The notes: generated by a model not told the origin, from the sequence alone. Shown: positions 17,370 through 25,802, counted from the first letter of the stretch. The stretch: DNA of 25,803 nucleotides from Dehalococcoidia bacterium (GCA_030740315.1 JASLXN010000004.1:1-25803); one strand, 5' to 3'. Made by a program: numbers and translations.

Positions 17370-18734
17370 ATCAAGAGGATAAGAATTGGCGCCGGGGCCG
17401 GGATGCTGGGTGATCGGCTGGACCCCGCACTGGAGATGATTGCCCGCGGCAACATAGACTACATCGCCTTCGACAACTTGGGGGAGTTGACTATCTCCGA
17501 CCTTCAACGGCGCCGCATCAAGGAGCCAGACAAGGGCTATGCCGATATCAGACGGTGCCTAGGCTCAGTCATGAAGCCCTGTGCCGAGAAGGGGATTGGA
17601 ATCATCACAAACGCCGGGGGCATAAACCCCGTTGCAGGGGCGCAGCGGGCAGTGGAAATGGCGCAACGGCAGGGGCTGCATGGGCTGAAATTAGCCGCAG
17701 TATCCGGGGATGACACAGTGGGCCAAGAGACTAGGATGCGGATTGCAGGGCTGAGAAGGAAAGGTGTGGCCCTCGCCAATATGGATACGGGGGAGGATTT
17801 TGGGCCTCCGGAGGGGGATGTGGTGGGCATGAGTGTCTACCTGGGAGTATACCCGGTGGCCGAGGCCATGGGGAGGGGCAGTCGGGTGGTCATCACCGGC
17901 CGCTATGCTGACGCCGCCCTGTGGCTGGCTCCGCTGGTACATGAGTTCGGCTGGGGGAAGGCGGACTGGGACAATCTGGCCTTCGGCACCGTGGTGGGAC
18001 ACCTACTGGAGTGCACTGGTCTGGTGTGCGGTGGCAGCTTTACTGACTGGCGAGAAATACCCAATCTGGAGCGTCTGGGCTATCCCATAGCCGAGGTGTC
18101 CGATGCGGGTGAGGCCATCATCACCAAGACCGAAGGTTCCGGCGGCATCGTCAATGACGCCACGGTGAAGCTGCAGCTACTCTACGAGATTGGTGATCCT
18201 ACCGCCTACATCACCCCAGATGTGGTGGCGGACTTCACCTCGGTGAGAGTGGATGACCTGGGCGGCGACAGGGTAAAGATAAGCCGGGTCCGGGGTATGC
18301 CGAGGACGGACAGCCTGAAGGCGGTGATAGGGTACCTCAACGGATATATGGCGGAAGGCTGCGTTACCTTCGGCCCTCCCATGGCCGAGGATAAGGCCCG
18401 AGACACGGCCGCTATGCTGGAGAAGCGGCTGGCCGTACTGGGCATAGCGCCGCTGGAGACAAACATTGAATTCATAGGTCTCAACTCCCTGGTGGGGCCT
18501 CTCACCCCCCCCAGCGCACGCCCCGCCGAAGTCATGCTCCGCATGGCGCTGAAGGTGGCCACGGAGGCCGAGGCTGGCCGTTTCCTCCAGGAGTTCTACC
18601 CCCTCTATGTAGCAGGCCCTCCCGCCGCCTGCGGCATCATGTTGCAACCGGTGCGGCAGGTGGTGTCCTTGTGGCCCACCCTCATCCCGTGGGAGGACGC
18701 CTGCTGGAACGTTAAAGTGATGGAGGTAGCGTGA
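17370..18734 (+). CDS. Acyclic terpene utilization AtuA family protein (DUF1446), N-terminal domain gene
   Basis: GDRLDPA, GNIDYIAFD, IITNAGGINP, AAVSGDD, YLG..PVAEA, VVITGR..DAAL, GTVVGHLLEC, LGYPIAEV and QLLYEI.DPTAYITPDVVADF. First ATG is 17403, but the conserved N-terminus KRIRIGAGAG starts at ATC 17370. Confidence 0.85.
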   Translation: MKRIRIGAGAGMLGDRLDPALEMIARGNIDYIAFDNLGELTISDLQRRRIKEPDKGYADIRRCLGSVMKPCAEKGIGIITNAGGINPVAGAQRAVEMAQRQGLHGLKLAAVSGDDTVGQETRMRIAGLRRKGVALANMDTGEDFGPPEGDVVGMSVYLGVYPVAEAMGRGSRVVITGRYADAALWLAPLVHEFGWGKADWDNLAFGTVVGHLLECTGLVCGGSFTDWREIPNLERLGYPIAEVSDAGEAIITKTEGSGGIVNDATVKLQLLYEIGDPTAYITPDVVADFTSVRVDDLGGDRVKISRVRGMPRTDSLKAVIGYLNGYMAEGCVTFGPPMAEDKARDTAAMLEKRLAVLGIAPLETNIEFIGLNSLVGPLTPPSARPAEVMLRMALKVATEAEAGRFLQEFYPLYVAGPPAACGIMLQPVRQVVSLWPTLIPWEDACWNVKVMEVA

Positions 18735-19042
18735 GAGTCAAGCTGAGACAGATAGCCTACGCCCGTACCGGGGACAAGGGCGATAACCTGAATATCGGCG
18801 TCCTACCCCGGGACGAGGCGGCTTACAATTCCCTCCGGGAGAGCCTGACCGCCGAGGCGGTCAGGCAGCACCTATCCCCCCTAGTGGAGGGCACGGCCAC
18901 CCGCTATGATCTGCCCAACTTAAAGGCGTTCAACTTTCTCCTGAAGAAGGCGCTGTCCGGAGGCGCTACCCAGAGCCTGCGTTTCGATTTCATGGGACGC
19001 AGCCTGGCGGAGGTGTTGCTGGACATGGAGTTGGAGGTATGA
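18731..19042 (+). CDS. Small AtuA-associated protein (AtuA C-terminal-like domain)
   Basis: LRQIAYARTGDKGD, RYDLPNLKAFNF, LSGG and SLRFD..G. GTGA overlap with the upstream stop. Confidence 0.85.
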   Translation: MRVKLRQIAYARTGDKGDNLNIGVLPRDEAAYNSLRESLTAEAVRQHLSPLVEGTATRYDLPNLKAFNFLLKKALSGGATQSLRFDFMGRSLAEVLLDMELEV

Positions 19043-19043
19043 C

Positions 19044-19829
19044 CTAAAGGCCATGGTGGAGCAGCACTTCCTCATCTGAGCTTACCACCCCACATACGCC
19101 AGAGGCGTCCTGTGCGGCTAGGAAGACAGCGGCCTTTACCATAGCATCGGGTGTAGCCCATTCTTGCAAGTTCGCTCCGGGCAGGTGGGTCATCAATGCC
19201 TCGGTGAGCACCGGACGAGCGGGCTTGATGGCGTTGACGGCGATATTGTGTTTGCCCACCTCCGCAGCCAGCCCCACTGTCAGCCGCTCAATGCCTGCCT
19301 TGGAGAGGCCGTAGGCGATGCCTATCAGGGTACGGCCACCCTCCTTGGGTGTGGTCATAGAGAACACGCTGTTTGCGGCAAATGAGGTTATGTTAAGGAT
19401 GCTACCCCGGCGGCGCTCCACCATGTGGGGCAGGACAGCCCGGGTGCACAGAAAGGTCCCCCTCAGGTTCACAGCTATTATCCGGTCCCAGACCTTTACC
19501 GGCGTACTCAGGAACGGGAGATAGCTGCCCACACCGGCGTTGTTGATGAGAATGTGAATCTCTCCCCATTGGGCCAGCACGGCATCAACCATCTCCTGTA
19601 CGCTGGCCTCATCGGTGACATCGCACCGGATGGGCAGGACATCCCCTCCCAGCCCACGCACCCCCTCGGCCGTCTCATGAATCGTCCCGGGCACCTTGCC
19701 CTGCTCCGCAGTTCTTGCCGTTACCACCACCCGGCAGCCACGCTCAACCAGCCCCAAGGCGATGGCCTTTCCGATACCGCGGCTGCTCCCAGTGACTATG
19801 GCTACTTTCCCCTTTAGATCTGGGTCCAT
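19044..19829 (-). CDS. SDR oxidoreductase
   Basis: TGSSRGIG, CDVTD, LINNAG and YGLSK. SD AGGAGG upstream. Confidence 0.9.
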   Translation of the reverse strand: MDPDLKGKVAIVTGSSRGIGKAIALGLVERGCRVVVTARTAEQGKVPGTIHETAEGVRGLGGDVLPIRCDVTDEASVQEMVDAVLAQWGEIHILINNAGVGSYLPFLSTPVKVWDRIIAVNLRGTFLCTRAVLPHMVERRRGSILNITSFAANSVFSMTTPKEGGRTLIGIAYGLSKAGIERLTVGLAAEVGKHNIAVNAIKPARPVLTEALMTHLPGANLQEWATPDAMVKAAVFLAAQDASGVCGVVSSDEEVLLHHGL

Positions 19830-19958
19830 GTTGTTCCTCCTGAGTTATAGTAAAGGCTTGCAGAAATAGGCCTAAGTATGCTTTGCATGATGAGACTCTT
19901 CGCTATGCTCTCCGAAGAAGTCCGAAGACTTTCGGAAAGGGTGACAGAGGTTCCAACT

Positions 19959-20262
19959 GGTGAAATCGAAACTGACGGATGCCAGGCGCTTCAACTCCAG
20001 CTCAGCTCCTTCCAGCAATCTCATGACTGGAGTGCCTTCGGGCAAGGTCTGCCTGCGCCTGTTCACAGCAAGCGTGGTTTTTTGCAGCGTTGGTCCCGTG
20101 TGAGACTGGGTCATGGTAATTTAATGCCGGAGCCGACCTTGACATTGTGATCCTTGCAGTGATTGCGTCCTTCCGAGTTGGCAAAGTTGAAGTTGACGAA
20201 TGCCAGACACTTCAGCTCCAACTCAGTTTCTTCCAGGAATCTCATCACCATGCAGCCTTCGG
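19959..20262. repeat. Degenerate tandem duplication (offset 221 bp)
   Basis: 19959-20041 and 20180-20262 align without gaps at 62 of 83 positions. Confidence 0.8.
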
Positions 20263-20652
20263 TTGGACGGCCTGCGACGTAATCATAGACCTGTTCTATG
20301 GAGAGGATTCTTTTGGGTCCTGTATCCGTCGAATTTATCGTTTTGATATTATTGATTTTCAATACCCGGGTCAGTTCCAGCCATTGGTTTTTGTGGTTTG
20401 CTTAAATCTATAAAGGATCCCGTCCCTGATAGGAGCCATACATAATAGTAAATACACGAGGGTATTCACGCACGTTTTTGTCTTCCTAGTATGTCTTGGT
20501 AAGGATCTATTTTTCACCGCCGCCAAAAGGCCTTCCGCCCGGTCGTAGAATGGTACTATTCCTGTCTTTGACCAAGTTGTAACCGTAGGACACCTTGCTC
20601 TTATCCATCTTGCTTGTGCTCTCCCCCTTTTTTCAATCAGGGGTTTGCCTGT

Positions 20653-20911
20653 TCATTTGCTGGTAAGTCTATAAGACCATAGTTTTGTAAGATCGACTTC
20701 ATCGGGTTCTTCTTTGATTGGAACCTTTTCAGGCTGCTCCAACGATTCCGATTCCTTCCCTACCACAACCGGCTCATGACCAGGACCCCTTTCCACAGAA
20801 GCATTGGGCTGGGCCTGCTGGTTGGCGGTGCAGGAGGCCAAGTCTAACACCAGCACAGTGACGAAAGCCATAGAGACCAACCATTGCAAATAAGATTTTA
20901 TATTTCGCCTA
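20653..20911 (-). pseudogene. Probable truncated lipoprotein gene fragment
   Basis: Basic N-region (RRNIK), hydrophobic stretch and lipobox LASC, followed by a low-complexity linker and an early stop. Its 5' end abuts the IS3 right end. Confidence 0.4.
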
Positions 20912-20966
20912 TGCGGTGGACCCCATCTTTAGGGCAGGGTTACGGGCAATCTTAAAATCGAGTCCC

Positions 20967-21418
20967 TCAAATCTCAAGGGGTCTGATTAGGAATTCTACC
21001 ACACACCCACTGGGAGCCTCTACCAGGGTTGAGGTGAACAGGTCGGCCAGTGTCCGGTAACCCAAGACCTGATTTGGCCGTGTTATCTTCACGTCACCCA
21101 GCAGGCAGGGATAGATTCTGCGGCCTGGAACTGGCTCACTGAGCCTTGGGAGGTGATAGACAGCCTTAAGATCAATCATGCGCATCAGTCGCCTGACACG
21201 TTTCCGGACGACCCATTGCCCATGACTCTTCAGCCACGCGGCTATCTTGCGTGTTCCGTTGAGCGGTGTGGCCAGGTATTGACGATTTATCAGCTTCATA
21301 AAAGTCATATCCTCCTCAGAGATGGTAGTACAGGCCAGAGTGGCTGATACCCAACAATCTGCACTGACTTACCACAGAGAGCGACTGAAGCTGGCGGTTT
21401 ACCACAGCACACCGCTGC
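20967..21418 (-). pseudogene. IS3 orfB remnant
   Basis: SQCRLLGISHSGLYY, frameshift near 21320, then MKLINRQY..GTRKIAAWL..RKRVRRLMR..RIYPCLL..ITRPNQV joined directly to LGYRTLA. The DDE core is missing. Confidence 0.82.
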
Positions 21419-21419
21419 T

Positions 21420-21707
21420 CTATGCTAAGCGGCCCAAGCTGCCCTCCAAGAAATCCCGCTCCACCTTGAGCTGGACAATCTGTCGGTAGAGTTGGACGAT
21501 AAGGCCTTCACCACCCTTTTTCTGGTCATGGTCACTGCCAAAGATACCGGTTGCACCTTCCGCCAACGCCTTCTTCTAGGCGTGAATCCGGCTGGGATGG
21601 ACTTCGAACCGGCTAGCTAACTCGACGGTTGCTTTTTCGCCTTTGAGTGCTTCCAGAGTTACTCTAGCTATAAATGATGGACTGTGTTTCCTTCGGTTCT
21701 GTTTCAT
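21420..21707 (-). pseudogene. IS3 orfA (HTH transposase A) with premature stop
   Basis: MKQNRRKHSPSF..ALEALKGEK...ELASRFEVHP..I..*KK..LYRQIVQLKVERDFL; in-frame TAG at 21578-21576 where Trp (TGG) is expected. Confidence 0.88.
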
Positions 21708-22026
21708 GTCATACTCCTCTTATTACTTTTGTTACTTTTACTTTAGGGAGCAGAACCCGCTCTTAGCTTCTTAACTACCTGTCCAGTTTTTGGGGTCCAA
21801 CTTAGTTGCCAGCGAAATGCTCGAAAACTTTGTGGGGCGGCATAGCACGCAACGCACTCTGTTCGATGAATTCTACGCATAGCGACAGCGTAATGCGGTC
21901 TATTCAACATCTCACTACTTGGCTAACTAAGAAACAGCATAACTGATCTGCTTCTAATACCAAATAATACCAAGCAGTTTCACGGTACAAATACGATGCG
22001 AGGTGCATGTCACGCGTTCTCTCGCC

Positions 22027-22623
22027 TCAGCCGATGGTGCCTTTGGTGCTGGGAATGGTGCCGCCCAGGCGGTTTTCAAACCGGGTGGCGGCTTTGAGGG
22101 CACGGGCCAAGGACTTGAAAGTGGCCTCGGCACGGTGGTGGTCGTTGCTGCCCTTCAGTATTTGGACATGTAGGTTGAACTTAGCCTCCTGTGCCAGGGA
22201 GTGCAGGAAGTGGCGCACCATGTCCGCCTCTATGCCCCCCACGGGCGCCTCCAGGGCGGAGTCTATTACCGCGTATCCACGGCCACTGATGTCCACCGCC
22301 ACCAGTGCCAGCGATTCGTCCATGGGCACTACGGCGTGGCCCATGCGGACAATGCCCTGTCGCCCTTCCAGAGCCTGGTCAAAGGCCCGGCCCAGGCACA
22401 GCCCCACATCCTCTACCAAGTGGTGCTGGTCGTCTCCGGTGGCCGAAATTTTCAAATCAAAGAGGCCGTGGCGGGCAAGCTGAGCCAGGAAATGGTCAAA
22501 CAGGGTTACACCAGTCGTAACCTGCCAGCCGCCCTGCCCGTCAAGGTCTAGCTCCACGCTGACGGTGGTCTCGGAGGTCTTGCGGAACACCGCAGCTTTG
22601 CGGGGGGTACCTACATCAGACAT
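22027..22623 (-). CDS. hisB: Imidazoleglycerol-phosphate dehydratase
   Basis: [28 protein letters not shown] and [11 protein letters not shown]. Start placed at ATG 22623 after GAGGTG. Confidence 0.96.
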   Translation of the reverse strand: MSDVGTPRKAAVFRKTSETTVSVELDLDGQGGWQVTTGVTLFDHFLAQLARHGLFDLKISATGDDQHHLVEDVGLCLGRAFDQALEGRQGIVRMGHAVVPMDESLALVAVDISGRGYAVIDSALEAPVGGIEADMVRHFLHSLAQEAKFNLHVQILKGSNDHHRAEATFKSLARALKAATRFENRLGGTIPSTKGTIG

Positions 22624-22657
22624 CACCTCGCCCCCGTTTGATAAAATCAACCACCAC

Positions 22658-22712
22658 CTTGAGCCAGTCGAAGGGTGATACACGCTGCTGTTCACCCTTC
22701 GACTGGCTCAGG
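22658..22712. repeat. REP-like palindrome (CCTGAGC..GTCGAAGG type)
   Basis: Perfect 19-bp arms TGAGCCAGTCGAAGGGTGA (22660-22678) and 22692-22710, with a 13-nt loop. Confidence 0.8.
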
Positions 22713-22760
22713 AGACCATTCAACATGGCGCTATCCTTTTACGGTTCACAATGACGTCCT

Positions 22761-22797
22761 CACCCCCGGTTCCCTCTTCCGGAGGGAGATGGGGGTG
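22761..22797. repeat. REP-like two-stem hairpin (CACCCCC..TCCCTC..GAGGGA..GGGGGTG)
   Basis: 7-bp outer stem (22761-22767/22791-22797) and 6-bp inner stem (22771-22776/22782-22787). Confidence 0.6.
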
Positions 22798-22812
22798 TTA
22801 TCTATTGGTATC

Positions 22813-23007
22813 GGAGGGACACTCTCAGACCCCCAGAAGAAGGGGCTATGCCCCCTCTGCAATCCTTCGGATGTGATGTTGGTAACAGTCTCTGAGTAAT
22901 GGACAGTTACAGGCACCTGAGATCCTCTATTTGGAGCAACAACCAGCACTGCCAAGGGGTCGTAACACCTCTGCAATCTGTTGGATGTGAGGTTGGTGGC
23001 AGTATCT
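22813..23007. repeat. Two degenerate tandem copies (offset 114 bp) of a REP/MITE-like repeat
   Basis: 22854-22893 versus 22968-23007 match at 33 of 40 positions; AAGGGG is conserved in register 14 nt upstream in both copies. Confidence 0.7.
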
Positions 23008-23113
23008 TGGTATGGAGCAGGAAACTGAGACTCCTTCTCCATGATGACAACTGACCCCCCGCACCGATTGACCGGGGCACTCCCTATTTTCTTCTTGCAG
23101 CAGATAGCCACCA

Positions 23114-24220
23114 TCATTTGGGCCTCACCGCCATCTCTTTTTCCGCATGGCTCAGTGCTGTTAGAGTGGCATCGCTTTGCTCCGGCTTGCCCACGCTGAT
23201 GCGCAGGCAGTGGCTTACCCGGGGGTTGCTGAAGTAACGCAGGAATATGCCTTGCTGGCGGAGTCGCATATATGCCTCGCGGGCGTCCCAGCCTTGCAAA
23301 GAGCACAGTATAAAGTTGGCCCGGGAGGTATATGGGTGCAGAGAATCCAACCCCTGAAGGAGGCGGTAAAGGCGCTCCCGTTCCGCCACGATGTCCAGCA
23401 CCCTGGCCTGGAGGCACTCCAAGTCCTTCAGGGACTCCACGGCGGCCACCTGTGCGGCCACATTCAGGTTGTAGGGCGGCTTGATGCGCATGATGTGTTT
23501 CACCAACCCGGGGTGGCACACGGCATAGCCCACCCGCAGCCCGGCCAACCCCGCCCATTTGCTGAAAGTGCGTAGCACCACCAGATTGGGGTGCTCCTTC
23601 ACAAGATGAACCACTGTCTCCCCGGCGAACTCGTAGTAGGCCTCATCCACCACCACCAGCAGCCCCATATCCAGCAGACCCAGTACTTGTTCCTGTGTGG
23701 CCAAGTTGCCGCTGGGATTGTTGGGAGAGGCCACGAATACAATTTTTACCCTCGGCCTCAATTTGCGCCTCACCGCAGCTAGGTCTATTTGAAAGTCATC
23801 GTCGCGGGGCACCTCCACCACCTCTCCGCCGCAGATGTGGGTGCTAAAAGGGTACATGCCGAAGGTGGGCGTAAGGTTAATCACCTGATCCCTCGGCTCC
23901 AGGAAGAGGCGTAGCAGCAGGTCTATAAGCTCGTCGCTACCGGCGCCAGCGACGATATGCTCTGCACCCAGCCCCACATAGCCCTCTAGGGCCTGCCGTA
24001 GCTGCCGCTGGTCGGGATCCGGATAGATATGGAAGAAGGGATAATCGGCCATGGCGCGAGCTACGCGAAGGGAAGGGCCATAGGGGTTCTCGTTGCCGTC
24101 CAGCTTGATGACCCCGTCCACCGTGTTGCCTGACTCCTGTGCTAGCACCTCTACAGGCACGATTGGCTGGTAGGGCTCCAGGGCGGCTAGGTGGGGACGC
24201 AGCATCTTCTCCCAGGTCAA
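23114..24220 (-). CDS. hisC: Histidinol-phosphate aminotransferase
   Basis: KLDGNENPYGP, YPD, GAGSDELI, SPNNPSG, DEAYYEF, PLP-lysine motif RTFSKWAGLAGLRVGY, and LRISVG. TTG start overlaps the hisD stop. Confidence 0.96.
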   Translation of the reverse strand: MTWEKMLRPHLAALEPYQPIVPVEVLAQESGNTVDGVIKLDGNENPYGPSLRVARAMADYPFFHIYPDPDQRQLRQALEGYVGLGAEHIVAGAGSDELIDLLLRLFLEPRDQVINLTPTFGMYPFSTHICGGEVVEVPRDDDFQIDLAAVRRKLRPRVKIVFVASPNNPSGNLATQEQVLGLLDMGLLVVVDEAYYEFAGETVVHLVKEHPNLVVLRTFSKWAGLAGLRVGYAVCHPGLVKHIMRIKPPYNLNVAAQVAAVESLKDLECLQARVLDIVAERERLYRLLQGLDSLHPYTSRANFILCSLQGWDAREAYMRLRQQGIFLRYFSNPRVSHCLRISVGKPEQSDATLTALSHAEKEMAVRPK

Positions 24221-25536
24221 CTTCGGCCTTTACTCCTGAGCATTTTTTGTATGGCGGCGGCATGGGCGGTGAAGCCTTCGGCGCGGGCAAGCTCCTCTGC
24301 CGCTGCCGCAGTCGTCTCCATTATATTACTGTCGAGGGCCACCACGCTGGTCACCTTCAGGAAGGACTCCACCCCCAGGGGTGAGGAGAAGCGGGCGCTG
24401 CCCCCGGTGGGCAGCACATGGCTGGGGCCGGCTACATAGTCACCGAAGGCCTCCCCGCCTCGCAGGAATATGCACCCAGCATGGCGTACCCCGGTGGCGA
24501 ACCCCTCGGCATCGGCCATCAACAGGGTGAGGTGCTCTGGGGCGTATGCGTTGACGAACTCAAGCGCCTGTGACAAGTCATCCAACTTGATAACAGCCCC
24601 TCGCCCCTCCAGCGATTGGCGAGCGATGTCTCGCCGCTCCAGGCCCTCAAGCTGGGCCTCCACCTTCTGGACCACCCCCTCAGCCATGGCTGAAGATGGG
24701 GTGAGGAAAAGAGCGGAGGCCATGGGATCATGCTCCGCTTGGGCTAGAATCTCGGCGGCACATAGGGCGGTGTCGGCAGTGCCATCAGCTACCACCACCG
24801 TTTCCGTAGGCCCGTAGAGGCCGTCTATATCCACTTGGCCGAATACCTCCCGTTTAGCCAGCATGACGAACAGGTTGCCGGGGCCGCACACCTTGTCCAC
24901 GGCGGGCACAGAAGCGGTGCCGTAGGCTAGGGCGGCTATTGCCTGAGCGCCCCCCATGGCGAACACCCGATCTACCCCAGCCAGGGCGCAGGCCGCCAAC
25001 ACCAGCGGGACCACTCCCCCGGCCTGGGGCGGGGTGGACACCACCACCTCACCCACCCCAGCGATGCGCGCGGGGATGGCTGTCATTAGCACGGTGGAGG
25101 GGTATGCCGCCCTGCCGCCGGGCACATATATTCCCACTCGGTCAACCGGCATCACCCTCCGGCCCACCCCCTCATGCGGATCGAAGAAGTCCTCGGGGTG
25201 GCCTCTCTCATGGAAAGCCTGTATACGGTCCGCTGCTAGCCTCATGGCGGTGGCCAGGGCTGGAGGTGTGCCATCCAGGGCGGCCCTCATCTGGTCAGGG
25301 GGCACCTCCAACAGGGGCACCTCCACCCCATCCAGTTTCTGGGAGAACCCGGCAATCGCCTCATCCCCCCGCTCCCGTACCTCAGCGAGGATGAGCCTCA
25401 CCGCCTCAAGGGGAGAAATTCCCCGGCCGAATACCTCCTCCAAACGTTGTGCCACATTAGGAGGAAGGGGAGGCATGTCCAAGGGGTTACGGCCCAGGAA
25501 GCGACGCTGTGCTTCCTCCAGTCCTATGATTCTCAT
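24217..25536 (-). CDS. hisD: Histidinol dehydrogenase
   Basis: VGIYVPGGRAAYPSTVLM, GGAQAIAALAYG, GPGN, GPTE, AQAEHD, APEHL, and GDYVAGPSHVLPT. Confidence 0.97.
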   Translation of the reverse strand: MRIIGLEEAQRRFLGRNPLDMPPLPPNVAQRLEEVFGRGISPLEAVRLILAEVRERGDEAIAGFSQKLDGVEVPLLEVPPDQMRAALDGTPPALATAMRLAADRIQAFHERGHPEDFFDPHEGVGRRVMPVDRVGIYVPGGRAAYPSTVLMTAIPARIAGVGEVVVSTPPQAGGVVPLVLAACALAGVDRVFAMGGAQAIAALAYGTASVPAVDKVCGPGNLFVMLAKREVFGQVDIDGLYGPTETVVVADGTADTALCAAEILAQAEHDPMASALFLTPSSAMAEGVVQKVEAQLEGLERRDIARQSLEGRGAVIKLDDLSQALEFVNAYAPEHLTLLMADAEGFATGVRHAGCIFLRGGEAFGDYVAGPSHVLPTGGSARFSSPLGVESFLKVTSVVALDSNIMETTAAAAEELARAEGFTAHAAAIQKMLRSKGRS

Positions 25537-25802
25537 GACAGGTAATCCTGCGCAACCCGAAGAGATGTCTGGAGTGCTTCTTGGCGAAAAGCAAACAGCG
25601 CCTCCGGTGGCACGTGCTCCAGCACCCGGGCCCGCTTGGCTGGGATATCGGACAGAAATCGCTCCACCTGGTCTTCTGTCAGGTTTCCATGTCGGTTAGC
25701 ATAGTGACGCACAAACGTCGGGAAGCGGTCCCAGGTATGTGGGCGTACGGCAGCATCCATCACAAAGGTCTGCCAGCGCATCAAGCTGTTCTCATCAAAC
25801 AG
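25533..25802 (-). CDS. Hypothetical protein, C-terminal part (5' end beyond the window)
   Basis: Frame open to the window edge (LFDENSLMRWQ...QDYLS). Helical, protein-like composition; stop overlaps the hisD ATG (ATGA). Not HisG-like. Confidence 0.6.
   Translation of the reverse strand: MFDENSLMRWQTFVMDAAVRPHTWDRFPTFVRHYANRHGNLTEDQVERFLSDIPAKRARVLEHVPPEALFAFRQEALQTSLRVAQDYLS

Larger units (their letters stand above)
20912..21804 (-). mobile_element. Degenerate, internally deleted IS3-family insertion sequence
   Basis: Terminal inverted repeats TAAGTTGGACCCCAAAAACTGGACAGG (21804 inward) and TGCGGTGGACCCCATCTTTAGGGCAGG (20912 inward), 17 of 27 identical; orfA and orfB remnants lie between them. 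Confidence 0.85.

Noticed and set aside
19959-20262. Template/variable repeat pair of a diversity-generating retroelement
   Set aside because: Differences are bidirectional transitions, not adenine-specific on either strand, and no reverse transcriptase is present.
22624-22695. N-terminal extension of HisB from the ORF track
   Set aside because: It is translated from the REP hairpin; the SD and homology support the start at 22623.
22813-23007. CRISPR mini-array
   Set aside because: Only two degenerate copies, the 114-bp period is too long, and there are no cas genes.
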